A stretch of DNA of 61,465 bases, filler included, from Candidatus Desantisbacteria bacterium CG1_02_49_89 (lineage in GTDB: Bacteria > Desantisbacteria > UBA1551), in the NCBI GenBank assembly GCA_001871075.1. It is 5 parts of 5 records of this genome, joined end to end, with 100 filler letters (N's around TTAATTAATTAA, not from the genome) between each part and the next. Parts side by side here need not be neighbours in the genome. Positions count along the whole stretch, not along the records: positions 27,801 to 33,593 come from MNUP01000038.1; positions 33,694 to 53,887 come from MNUP01000027.1; 3 more parts are not named here. One strand, written 5' to 3'. A program made the position numbers and the translations under genes. This document shows positions 27,701-37,142 of the stretch, piece by piece. The notes beneath the pieces were generated by a model. The model was given only the letters and a program-made list of their open reading frames with translations, made no database searches and had not been told where the DNA came from. Within the stretch, counting starts at the first letter, position 1; each line of letters starts with the position of its first letter.

Positions 27701-27800
27701 NNNNNNNNNNNNNNNNNNNNNNNNNNNNNNNNNNNNNNNNNNNNTTAATTAATTAANNNNNNNNNNNNNNNNNNNNNNNNNNNNNNNNNNNNNNNNNNNN
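27701..27800. other. Artificial contig spacer
   Basis: N-run with central TTAATTAATTAA. Confidence 0.99.
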
Positions 27801-28054
27801 TGGAGCCGTTTGGAACCATTCAAAAAATTCGCCCAGATGATTGAGCGCCACTGGGATGACATCGTCAGTTACTGTCATCCCGACAACAAAGTATCACTCG
27901 GATTTATGGAAGGACTGAATAACAAAATCCGTGTAATGCAGCGCCGGGCATATGGTATCACAGATACAGAGTACCTGATGCTTAAAGTATTAACTTCGTT
28001 TATAAAGGAACCCTAAAATGACCAATTTTTACGCACAAGAAACCCAGAAGACCC
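27801..28054 (+). mobile_element. ISL3-family insertion sequence, right end (transposase C-terminus 27801-28016)
   Basis: HWDDIVSY...GFMEGLNNKIRVMQRRAYG is the ISL3 C-terminal motif; the end ...GAAACCCAGAAGACCC resembles ISL3 inverted repeats. Confidence 0.88.
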
Positions 28055-28608
28055 TGATTTATATTGTCAACCCATCCGTAACCGAGAGGTCCGTCAGAAG
28101 AAAAAATGCTTTTATAGGTTCTTCTAAATTTTATGGATATCCCAGGAGTAGGAATATTTAGGTCTTCTATAGAAAATATAAGCCCGCCAAGTCCTGGATT
28201 GACAGGATCACCCTCTGGTTTATCTGTCTCCTGTTTATTTTCTTGGTTATCACATTGATCGGGACCCGTAACTACTACAATAGTTTTACCATCTGCAGCA
28301 ACCCACCATTCTCCAGTTTTTCCAGTACCGTTTACTTGCTCATCAAATGTATAATCTATTTCGTTAAACCTCCAATTTTCACCGTGATCTTTTATTGAGT
28401 TGAGTACATTTTCATCCTTGTCTTTATATATATAAATAATAAAATCTCCTCTTATATTTTCTTTCCATGCATAAGTTACAGCTTTATCTTTCAATATAGA
28501 AATATTTTTGATGGGAATCCTAGCATTTTCTTTTGCATGGACCGAAAGGGTGAAGAAAAGAATTATAAAAATAAATTTGATTAAGTGTCGCTTTTTTTGA
28601 AATACCAT
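28055..28608 (-). pseudogene. RHS/YD-repeat protein N-terminus (DUF6531-like), truncated by ISL3
   Basis: Signal peptide, then GDPVNP..G......DL.IP.PG..I.FRRTY.S....GPLGYGW; the frame runs directly into the IS end. Confidence 0.75.
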
Positions 28609-29111
28609 TTGAACTCCATTAATTAATAAAAAAGGCGCTCGTCCGCCACCAATGCTTTGACGGATTCAGCGCCTTGTGTTTATTCCATAAATCCCGCTAT
28701 TCTCCCTGCCCGAAGCATTATCCCGATTGGCATATATCAGGATCTTCGGACAGCAATAGCCTAATTCTTCTATTTTTTTACTTAAAAACAAAAATCCCCC
28801 GAGCGTTTACAATTTCTGCCCTGTTCGGCGCTCCTTTCTGGCTCTTCGGGTTCAATCCTCCACCAAGATTGGCGGACAGGTGAATTGAACCCCTATCCGC
28901 CCCGACTAAATCGGGGCGAGACCTCGCTCCGATGGACATCGGAGCGGGCAAAATCCCCCTCAATCCCCCTTTAATAAAGGGGGAATTAACAAACGCAAGC
29001 CTCCCATCAAGGCGGGCAAGCCCGCCCCTACGCGTAGGCTGAAACCTTGTCCTACGAAATACGATATAGAATGGGCATCAATCCTCATCTGCCGGCTATC
29101 TACTGGTAAAA

Positions 29112-30137
29112 CTACCATTTTAACAAGATCCTTTTGCCTTTATTAGATGACTCGTAAATGGCAAGGGCGACTTTGAGGGCGTCCTTAGCCTCTTCAGGCT
29201 TAACTTCGCATTCTTTTCCGGTAATGATGCAGTCTACGAAGTGATTCACTGCGCACATAAGGGAATACGAGTGCGGGTGGACATCAACAGGCTGCTCGGT
29301 CGGTATGACTTTCGGCTGGTTCGCTTTTATCAGCGTAAGCTGGTCAGTCGAAGTGTCTTTTATGTGTATCGAACCGTCTGTCCCGTATATGTTCCTTGTC
29401 TCCATCCAGCCTTCTGAAGTAACCGTATATGAAAGCGCTGCCGAACCGAGAACGTTGTTCTCAAACTCAAAAATAACTGCTGTGTTGTCGTCCGCCTTGT
29501 TCGCGGGCTTGACAAGCAGCTTCCTCGCGGTCCCGGTGACAGCAATGGGCCTGCCGAAGAAATGCAGCATGGTATAGATCACGTGGTATCCGGTGTCTAT
29601 CATTACCCCGCCGCCTGCCTTTTCCCACGAGGCTTTCCAGTAGTTTGGATCGTTCATTTCGTTGATGCAGTTCCCGGTCACGCAGTAAACAACCAGGAAA
29701 GGCTTTCCTATCGCTCCGCTGTCAAGAAGTTTTTTCGTTTCCTTATGATAGGGCATGAACCTCTGGTTCATTTCGATAAAAAGGCGCCTGCCTAATTTTT
29801 TTGCAGTACCGATCATATCGTCCGCTTCTTTCAGGGTCATGGCTATGGGCTTTTCGCAGATCACGTCCTTGCCTGCCTTTAATGAATCGATAGCCAGGCG
29901 GTGGTGGAGCCAGTGCGGGACGCAGATATCCACGGCTTTTATCGACAGATCCTTAAGCATTTCCCTGTAATCAGCATACGCTTTCTTCGCTTTCGGAAAA
30001 GCCTGCTGGGCTCTTTTGATCGCGGCTTCGTTTGTGTCAGCAATGCTTATTTCGTCAACATTCTTGTTCTGCTGCAGGGCGTTAAGATGCCCCTGCGCAA
30101 TACTCCCAGCCCCGATAAGACCGACCTTGATCCCCAT
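29112..30137 (-). CDS. Gfo/Idh/MocA-family oxidoreductase
   Basis: GLIGAGSIA, CEKPIA, GGGVMIDTGYH. Confidence 0.92.
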   Translation of the reverse strand: MGIKVGLIGAGSIAQGHLNALQQNKNVDEISIADTNEAAIKRAQQAFPKAKKAYADYREMLKDLSIKAVDICVPHWLHHRLAIDSLKAGKDVICEKPIAMTLKEADDMIGTAKKLGRRLFIEMNQRFMPYHKETKKLLDSGAIGKPFLVVYCVTGNCINEMNDPNYWKASWEKAGGGVMIDTGYHVIYTMLHFFGRPIAVTGTARKLLVKPANKADDNTAVIFEFENNVLGSAALSYTVTSEGWMETRNIYGTDGSIHIKDTSTDQLTLIKANQPKVIPTEQPVDVHPHSYSLMCAVNHFVDCIITGKECEVKPEEAKDALKVALAIYESSNKGKRILLKW

Positions 30138-30274
30138 TCATTCCCCCTTTTTTTTAGTATCAAGTATCAAGAGTCAAGAGTCAAGTTTAATAATACCGCT
30201 ATTTATAAATTAAATCGAACCAGATAGTTTTTTGAATATGAATTTACTTGATACTTGACTCTTGACACTGTTTT

Positions 30275-31336
30275 CTAAACAACGCCTACCTGGCTGCTGT
30301 CCCCCAGCATAAATCTGTATGCCGCCGGCTTGTGCGGGTACTTCGAAACAACAACGCTTTTTCCGATAAGGCTGTCCTCGATACGCGAAATGTTCTCGAT
30401 CTTTGAATTCTCCAGCACCATGCTGTGCTCTATCTCGCTGTTCTCTATGACAGCATTGCTGGAAACTGAAGTAAACGGCCCTATGTAGGAATTGGTTATT
30501 TTCGCCCCTGACCCGATTATAGCCGGCCCCCTGATCACGCTTTTTGAAACTATAGCTCCTTTTTCCACCACGACCTTGCCGTAAAGCTTGGATTCGCTGT
30601 CGACCCTGCCTTTCCTCGAAGGCTCAAGCCCGTCGAGGATTATGCGGTTTGCCTCAAGAAGGTCTTCCAGCTTGCCTGTGTCCTTCCACCAGCCGGTTAT
30701 GATATGCGACTGCACGCTGAACTTTTTGTTTATAAGGTAGGAAATGGCGTCTGTTATTTCAAGCTCGTTCCGCCTGGAAGGCTTTATGTGCCTTATTGCC
30801 TTGAATATGTTGTGGTCGAAAAGGTACACCCCGACCAGGGCAAGGTCGGTCTTCGGTTTCCCGGGCTTTTCCTCAAGGCGCACCACCTTCCCGTTCTTCA
30901 GCTCAGCAACCCCGAATTCCTGCGGATTTTTAACGTGTGCCAGAAGTATCATGGCATTGGGTTTCGATTTCTTGAACTCGTCTATGAAAGAATTCACGCC
31001 GTCCTTCACTATGTTATCCCCGAGGTACATTACAAACGGGTCCTTCTTCAGGAATTTCTCGGAGATCTTTACCGCGTGCGCCAGACCCAGGGGAGCCTCC
31101 TGCTCTATGTAAGTCAGTTTCACCCCCCACTTTTTCCCGTCGCCCAGGGCAGTTTTTATTTCATTCTTTGTCTCACCCACGACGATCCCGATATCCGTTA
31201 TGCCGGCATCCCTTATCGCTTCAAGCCCGTAATAAATAATGGGCTTGTTCGCGATCGGTATAAGCTGTTTTGCAGAAGTATGCGTTATAGGGCGCAGCCT
31301 TGTGCCCTTTCCACCGCTCAGTATCAAAGCCTTCAT
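30275..31336 (-). CDS. rmlA: Glucose-1-phosphate thymidylyltransferase (long form with LbH tail)
   Basis: LSGGKGTRLRP, KQLIP, GLAHAV, YLGDN, EEKP, ELEITD, WKDTG. Confidence 0.93.
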   Translation of the reverse strand: MKALILSGGKGTRLRPITHTSAKQLIPIANKPIIYYGLEAIRDAGITDIGIVVGETKNEIKTALGDGKKWGVKLTYIEQEAPLGLAHAVKISEKFLKKDPFVMYLGDNIVKDGVNSFIDEFKKSKPNAMILLAHVKNPQEFGVAELKNGKVVRLEEKPGKPKTDLALVGVYLFDHNIFKAIRHIKPSRRNELEITDAISYLINKKFSVQSHIITGWWKDTGKLEDLLEANRIILDGLEPSRKGRVDSESKLYGKVVVEKGAIVSKSVIRGPAIIGSGAKITNSYIGPFTSVSSNAVIENSEIEHSMVLENSKIENISRIEDSLIGKSVVVSKYPHKPAAYRFMLGDSSQVGVV

Positions 31337-31422
31337 TTTTTCCTCCGATAAATACCGTTGCCGGTTGTCAGTTGTGAGCTATGGATTAACTGACAACTCT
31401 CAACTCACAACTGATAACTATC

Positions 31423-33360
31423 TTAAAAAATACTCGGATGGAACTGGACGCTCATGCCCGGGAATGCCTTTAATCCGGCCTGCAGCCAGATCTCCTGCGA
31501 CAAAGCGCGGTACGTCAGCGAAACATCCCAGCAGTGAAGGTCCCTTGCAATAATGAGATCAACGACATCAAACCTGTTGTTCATAAGATCAAAACTGCTG
31601 GAAACCGTCAACTGGTATTTCCCAAGGAATGTTTTAATGCCGGGAAAATTCAGCTCCGAAGTAAGGCTCAACTGCATATAGTTGCCGTAATAATACTGCG
31701 TTCCGAGCTTTACGTTCATAATATCATTTATCCATTCGATATAAGAAATATTCTGCGACGTGTTTTTATATACGTGGTATTTAGTGCTGGAGAAGAACCT
31801 CAACCTTCCAGCCGGGTTGACCATTATGTCCAGCCGCGCTCTCTTGAACCTGTCCCAGATATATTCCTGCGAAAGCAGATCATAGTTTCCGCTGAGTTCG
31901 ATGCTTGTGATCCTGTCTGTATAAATTATAAATCCGCGTACATACTGCGACGCCGCCGGGGAAACCACCGAAGTATCACCTTCAACTATGGACTCTATAT
32001 TATACGTCGCTTCTGTAAGGAAGTAACCTTTCCGCATTCTGTAACGCGGCCCGATTTTCGCCCTGTATCCGGGTAGAAACCTGTCTCTGTTATGGTATGC
32101 GCCCTGAACTCCTACCCCCGAAACCAATCCCAGGCTGTCCGTCAGCTTCAGCTGTTCAGGAGTCACATTCAGCCAGTTGTCTGAAAAAACATAATTGTCG
32201 TAATTTGTATAGTAATTGCCGGTTTTTGTGGAAAAATCGGCGTACAAGGGCATGCTCCAAAGCCTTACCGGAGACGAATATAAACCCAGCACCGGCAGGG
32301 AAGTCTGCACGGCTTCTTTGCTGTCCTCCCTTTTAATATCCATCTGGAAATTTAAATACCTACCCAGGGGAGTATTGTAACAAACGTAGGCCGTGGACTT
32401 ACGTCTTACCCAGTTCAAAGGCGGGCCGAAATAGGGCCCGAACTCCCTGTCAAAACCCATGTCGCTGAGAAGGTATACGTAAATAAAAGAACTGCCTTTT
32501 TCAGGCCTTAGTTTAAGATCCGCCTTGTACCGGTCCGTATCCCTGTCCCTTACATAATAAATTGATGACGCACCCTCATACCTGTTTGCGCTGTATTCAA
32601 ACTCTGACCCCAAACCGAAACCTTTCTTTTCCATGTATTCGCCGAACACGTTGCCATACAGGGCTGACCTGATTGAATAATTGTAACCTGCCTGCACATA
32701 CCATCCTTTATCGGCGCTGTATCCCACAGTGGGGATAAGCCAGGATATCCTTCCTTTTTTGAGGGGAAACGTAAAAACAGGAATGTAAAAAACCGGGACG
32801 GACCCCAGGAAAAGCCCTACGTTGAAAGCGACTATGCTGTCTTCCGGATATATACTGATGCGGCTTGCCCGGAGACTGTAATGCGGCTCAGGCAGATCGC
32901 ACGTTGTGCAAAGCCCGTTGCTTACCGTCAGTTCCTTATCGCTGAGCTTCTCGATCTTTTTGCCGCGGTAGAAGAGTGGCTGAAAAGAAGTGGAAGCATT
33001 CTGAACTATTCCCCTTTCGGATTTTATGCCGTACGCGACTGAATCCCCCTCGATCTTACCGGACCTGGACATAAAAGATATATTGCCGCTTGCCAGTATC
33101 TCTTCAGATTCCACATTAACGCGCAGGTAATCGGAATATATCTCAACATCCTTGTAACGGACGCCTACCTTGCCCCAGCCTTCAACAATGCCTTTTCCCT
33201 TATTATATTCCAGGTAGTCTGACTCGCAGTATATAGGAGTGGTTCCGGTATCTCCCGGCGCTGGCCCTGTTTCAACGGCTGCAAAGAGGAATTCCGCGGG
33301 GATAAAAAAAATAAGGCTGAATGCCGTAAAAAGAAGATGGGATATTTTGGATGGATGCAT
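31423..33360 (-). CDS. lptD: LptD/OstA-like outer-membrane protein
   Basis: OstA-like N-terminus, CTTCDLPEPHY, PVFYIP, C-terminal RDLHCW. Start moved to ATG 33360, since the upstream extension overlaps the pilB fragment. Confidence 0.75.
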   Translation of the reverse strand: MHPSKISHLLFTAFSLIFFIPAEFLFAAVETGPAPGDTGTTPIYCESDYLEYNKGKGIVEGWGKVGVRYKDVEIYSDYLRVNVESEEILASGNISFMSRSGKIEGDSVAYGIKSERGIVQNASTSFQPLFYRGKKIEKLSDKELTVSNGLCTTCDLPEPHYSLRASRISIYPEDSIVAFNVGLFLGSVPVFYIPVFTFPLKKGRISWLIPTVGYSADKGWYVQAGYNYSIRSALYGNVFGEYMEKKGFGLGSEFEYSANRYEGASSIYYVRDRDTDRYKADLKLRPEKGSSFIYVYLLSDMGFDREFGPYFGPPLNWVRRKSTAYVCYNTPLGRYLNFQMDIKREDSKEAVQTSLPVLGLYSSPVRLWSMPLYADFSTKTGNYYTNYDNYVFSDNWLNVTPEQLKLTDSLGLVSGVGVQGAYHNRDRFLPGYRAKIGPRYRMRKGYFLTEATYNIESIVEGDTSVVSPAASQYVRGFIIYTDRITSIELSGNYDLLSQEYIWDRFKRARLDIMVNPAGRLRFFSSTKYHVYKNTSQNISYIEWINDIMNVKLGTQYYYGNYMQLSLTSELNFPGIKTFLGKYQLTVSSSFDLMNNRFDVVDLIIARDLHCWDVSLTYRALSQEIWLQAGLKAFPGMSVQFHPSIF

Positions 33361-33379
33361 TATTATTCCGGACCCGCCC

Positions 33380-33592
33380 TCAGGCTTCTTCTTGCATAGT
33401 GATGCCTGCTGCTTCTTCAACGGTGGTTATGCCGTTCCTGACTTTCAGCATCGCTGATTCTCTCAGCGTTCGCATCCCCTCTTCTTTCCTTGCTATTTCC
33501 TGCAGGACCATTACATTCGCCCTTTTTACGACCAGCTCCCTGAGGTGTTGGTTAAGGGTAAGTATTTCATAAACCGCAAGCCTTCCCTTATA
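33380..33592 (-). CDS. PilB/GspE secretion ATPase, C-terminal fragment (not in ORF track)
   Basis: Hand translation gives YKGRLAVYEIL...GMRTLRESAMLKVRNGITTVEEA...stop; open at the contig edge. Confidence 0.9.
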   Translation of the reverse strand, partial: YKGRLAVYEILTLNQHLRELVVKRANVMVLQEIARKEEGMRTLRESAMLKVRNGITTVEEAAGITMQEEA

Positions 33593-33593
33593 A

Positions 33594-33693
33594 NNNNNNN
33601 NNNNNNNNNNNNNNNNNNNNNNNNNNNNNNNNNNNNNTTAATTAATTAANNNNNNNNNNNNNNNNNNNNNNNNNNNNNNNNNNNNNNNNNNNN
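33594..33693. other. Artificial contig spacer
   Basis: N-run with central TTAATTAATTAA. Confidence 0.99.
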
Positions 33694-34443
33694 GAGGAGC
33701 AGAACGCGATCTATGTTTCAGGCGGAGAAGATGTCGTGAGAAAAACAGAGGATTATATTTCTGTTATAGATGTTTCTCCTCCCCAGGTCATGATGGAAAT
33801 ACTTGTTATTGAAGCGACGCGCACCGCGGGAGAGGATTTTCAGTTCGGTTTTGCAGGCAAGCAGGATAACATCACTGCCAGCGCCCAGTCCGCGAGCTAT
33901 ACCCAGCTTGACATACGTTCCGTGGATTTCCTGCCCAAAGAGTTTTCAATAATGCTGAAAGCGTCCATAAGCAAAGGCAAGACCAAAGTGAAGGCGAACC
34001 CGAGGATCGTGACTGTCAGCGGCAAAGAGGCAATTATCAAAACCGGAACAGGCGGTTATTACAAGGACGGAGCTACATATCCCTGGCAGATAAAAATGTT
34101 CGATTACGGCATTATCTTGCGCGCAAGGCCGTGGGTAACCGCTTCGGGAGAGATCATACTGGAGCTGCATCCCGAAGTGAATACGGTTACCGGGAAAACC
34201 GCGGACAACCTTCCGGAAATGAACCGCAGGACTGTTGATACCACGGTCCGCGTTAAGAACGGGCAGACTGTCACGATAGGCGGGCTTATCCAGGAGGATG
34301 AAATCCTTACTTCGAAGAAAGTGCCTTTTCTCGGGGACATTCCTTTCCTCGGTGCGCTTTTTACAAGCAAAACCCTTTCCACAACGCAGAAAGAAGTCGT
34401 TATTTATGTGACCCCAACCATACTTACTAATACCAATAGATAA
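33694..34443 (+). CDS. Secretin (GspD/PilQ family), C-terminal part
   Basis: QVMMEILVIE, ANPRIVT, TVRVKNGQTVTIGGLI, KVPFLGDIPFLGALF, YVTP; open at the contig start. Confidence 0.92.
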   Translation, partial: EEQNAIYVSGGEDVVRKTEDYISVIDVSPPQVMMEILVIEATRTAGEDFQFGFAGKQDNITASAQSASYTQLDIRSVDFLPKEFSIMLKASISKGKTKVKANPRIVTVSGKEAIIKTGTGGYYKDGATYPWQIKMFDYGIILRARPWVTASGEIILELHPEVNTVTGKTADNLPEMNRRTVDTTVRVKNGQTVTIGGLIQEDEILTSKKVPFLGDIPFLGALFTSKTLSTTQKEVVIYVTPTILTNTNR

Positions 34444-34642
34444 AACCCGTCGATAATTATTAAATTTTTACCTTAAATCCCTCTTACTCCCCCTTTAGAA
34501 AAGGGGGAAGGCAGGGGGATTTGTTTTTTGGATGCATCTGTGCATCTTGTATTTAAAACAGGAAAATGGTTAATCGGTGTAATCATTTTTCGAAATCCGT
34601 GTAATCATCGAAAACGTTTTCGTGCTATTTATATATATTAGC

Positions 34643-34699
34643 TTGACAATTACTATAATACATGTTATAATATGTAGGTAATTAAGGTTAATTATAACA
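34643..34699 (+). promoter_or_regulatory. Consensus sigma70 promoter with overlapping inverted repeat (candidate operator)
   Basis: TTGACA(34643)-N17-TATAAT(34666) with TGn; inverted repeat TGTTATAAT-N19-ATTATAACA at 34663-34699. Confidence 0.75.
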
Positions 34700-34732
34700 A
34701 TTTTAATAAATAATAGATCGGAGGTAGATTAT

Positions 34733-34888
34733 ATGAAAGAGACTATTTCGAGACAAAGAGCATGGCAAATTGAAAAGAAAAAAAAAGGATTATGTGTAAT
34801 ATGTGGCAAGAAAAAAGTAAGAACATTTCTTCGTTGCAGATCTTGTAGAGAAAAAATTAGGAATTATAATAATAGGAAAAAGGATTAA
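34733..34888 (+). CDS. 51-aa basic CxxC...CxxC zinc-finger protein (below ORF-track cutoff)
   Basis: GGAGGT SD; MKETISRQRAWQIEKKKKGLCVICGKKKVRTFLRCRSCREKIRNYNNRKKD; its stop is 1 nt before the MTase ATG. Confidence 0.75.
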   Translation: MKETISRQRAWQIEKKKKGLCVICGKKKVRTFLRCRSCREKIRNYNNRKKD

Positions 34889-34889
34889 G

Positions 34890-36368
34890 ATGATGGAAAA
34901 TTTAGAATTTAATAATATTTATAATATAGATTGTATAGAAGGGATGAAATTAATACCTGATGCCACAATAGATCTTGTTGTAACAGATCCTCCTTTTGCT
35001 ATAGATTTTAAGGCAAAGAGAAGCAATTACAACAGGACAGCTTCTAGAGTTTTAGAAGGTTATAAAGAAATTCCAGCGAACGAATATTATTCATTTACTT
35101 TTAACTGGATGAAAGAAGCTTATAGAGCATTAAAAGAATCAGGTAGTATGTATGTATTTTCGGGCTGGAATAATTTGAAAGACATTTTAGTTGCTCTTGA
35201 TAAGATTGGTTTTATTACTATTAATCATATAATATGGAAATATCAATTTGGCGTTGTTACAAAAAGAAAGTATGTTTCTTCACATTATCATTGTTTATTT
35301 GTATGTAAAAATGATAAACAAAGAAAATTTTTTCCATTTACAAGATATAAGAAAGAAGATAGGGGAAAGGATAATGGCAGTTTACATTATGCAGATAAAG
35401 AAGACGTTTGGGTAATAAATAGGGAGTATTGGAATGGAGATGTTAAAACTCCCACCAAGCTTCCATTGGATCTTATAAAAAAGATTTTAGAATATTCAAG
35501 TGAAAAGAATGATGTTGTTCTAGATCCATTTTTAGGTTCAGGCCAAGTGGCTGTAGTAAGTAAAATGTTCGGTAGGCAATATATTGGATTTGAGCTTGTT
35601 AAAGAATATTACGATTTTGCATATGAAAGGTTAGAGAAAAATATGTATAGAATCAAAGAAGAAGATGCCAGTGTTCAACCTTCTTTATTTGATTCAAGCG
35701 ATGGGAGGTGGAATAAAATGAGTTTTTTATCAAATGCAAAAGAAATCGCAGAACATTTAAAGAAAATTCCGAAATTATGGGATGGGAGAGATGCTATTTT
35801 AGAAATGAAGAAAAATAGTTATCAACATTGGAAACAAATGGAATGGATGGGTTTTTATTTTCAATTTCTATGTGAGAAATATTTAGCAGATTTAATTAAA
35901 ATTCCTGGACCTAAATATGGAAATGTTAGCTTTGATGGTTTGAAAGATATTCCTTGGGATTTTAAAGCACACGCTATGAATACGAGTAGCAATCAAATAA
36001 TAGTTAATGATAGTCAAGCGACTGCAAAAGGGATTAAAAACTACAAAGCTGTAGGTCTTATTCTAGCTATCGGAGAAGTTTTATATAATGATGAAGATAG
36101 AACATTTCAAAAATGGCATCAAAAATTAAAAGGAGGAAAATCAGTATATGAGAAAGAAAGAATAAAAAGAGGCGCTTGGTCTAGATTAAGAAAAGTATCT
36201 TTTGATTTGAAACAAATTTCTTTTATCAAAATTACAGATGATACATTAATTAAATGTGGTTCTTTTCAAAGTGATTTTAGAAATTCAAATGGAAAACCAA
36301 GAAGAGCAAAAGTATTAATAGATTTGGAAAAAAATCAAAAGGAATTGGAATATTATATTGAATTCTAA
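34890..36368 (+). CDS. Beta-class N6A/N4C DNA methyltransferase fused to a putative PD-(D/E)xK endonuclease
   Basis: DPPF precedes DPFLGSG (beta order); the C-terminal 216 aa carry FDG.....WDFKAH. Confidence 0.8.
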   Translation: MMENLEFNNIYNIDCIEGMKLIPDATIDLVVTDPPFAIDFKAKRSNYNRTASRVLEGYKEIPANEYYSFTFNWMKEAYRALKESGSMYVFSGWNNLKDILVALDKIGFITINHIIWKYQFGVVTKRKYVSSHYHCLFVCKNDKQRKFFPFTRYKKEDRGKDNGSLHYADKEDVWVINREYWNGDVKTPTKLPLDLIKKILEYSSEKNDVVLDPFLGSGQVAVVSKMFGRQYIGFELVKEYYDFAYERLEKNMYRIKEEDASVQPSLFDSSDGRWNKMSFLSNAKEIAEHLKKIPKLWDGRDAILEMKKNSYQHWKQMEWMGFYFQFLCEKYLADLIKIPGPKYGNVSFDGLKDIPWDFKAHAMNTSSNQIIVNDSQATAKGIKNYKAVGLILAIGEVLYNDEDRTFQKWHQKLKGGKSVYEKERIKRGAWSRLRKVSFDLKQISFIKITDDTLIKCGSFQSDFRNSNGKPRRAKVLIDLEKNQKELEYYIEF

Positions 36369-36434
36369 CTATAATGGAAATAGTTGTTATTCTTTAATTA
36401 ATATTATTCAAATTATTTTAATCGATAATTAAAT

Positions 36435-36920
36435 ATGAGGAATAAGATAATAGGATTAAAGCCCATTGTTGATCAAGACACTAAATTACTAATATTAGGA
36501 TCTATACCAGGTAATTCTTCATTAAAAAACAAAGAATATTATTCTTGTAAAAATAACCATTTTTGGAAAATTATTTTTAAGACATTTAGTAAAAAAGACC
36601 CAATTGATTATAAAGAACGAATAAACTTTTTAAAATTAGAAAATATTGGTATTTGGAATATTATTAGGTCATGTCAAAGACAGGGAAGTTGTGATGATAA
36701 AATAATTGGTCCCAAACTAAATAATTTGGGGAAGCTGTTATATAAATACCCAAATATTAGTCGAATATTTTTAAATGGTAGGAAGGCATATGATCTTTTT
36801 CAAAGTTTTTTTCCTAATTTAAATATTTCTAATAAGTATCTTCCATCTACGAGTTCCAGAAATACAAAAAGTTATAAATATATTATCCGTAAATGGGAAA
36901 AATATTTGAAAAGGAGTTAA
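36435..36920 (+). CDS. UDG-superfamily DNA glycosylase (hypoxanthine/deoxyinosine, Mug-like)
   Basis: LILGSIPG..SL...EYY....NHFW, FLNG, LPSTS. Confidence 0.85.
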   Translation: MRNKIIGLKPIVDQDTKLLILGSIPGNSSLKNKEYYSCKNNHFWKIIFKTFSKKDPIDYKERINFLKLENIGIWNIIRSCQRQGSCDDKIIGPKLNNLGKLLYKYPNISRIFLNGRKAYDLFQSFFPNLNISNKYLPSTSSRNTKSYKYIIRKWEKYLKRS

Positions 36921-37047
36921 AAGTCAAAATATAATTAATAAATTAGATTTACCACATTAAATTTCCTATAAATGATGGGTTATCAATTATAATAATAGGA
37001 AAAATCACTTCTGCAAAGGTCATTAGAAATACTATTTTTACTATTTC

Positions 37048-37075
37048 TTGACTTTTTGGCAAAAATAGCTATAAT
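37048..37075 (+). promoter_or_regulatory. Sigma70-type promoter for tsaC
   Basis: TTGACT-N16-TATAAT. Confidence 0.6.
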
Positions 37076-37142
37076 ATTTAAGAATACGATTTCAGCGATA
37101 AAAAACCGATTTCAGCGATTACCATATAATAAATACTCTTAT

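Noticed and set aside
28640-28680. c-di-AMP riboswitch suggested by GCGCTGAATCC
   Set aside because: The rest of the ydaO consensus is absent and the motif lies inside a terminator-like stem.
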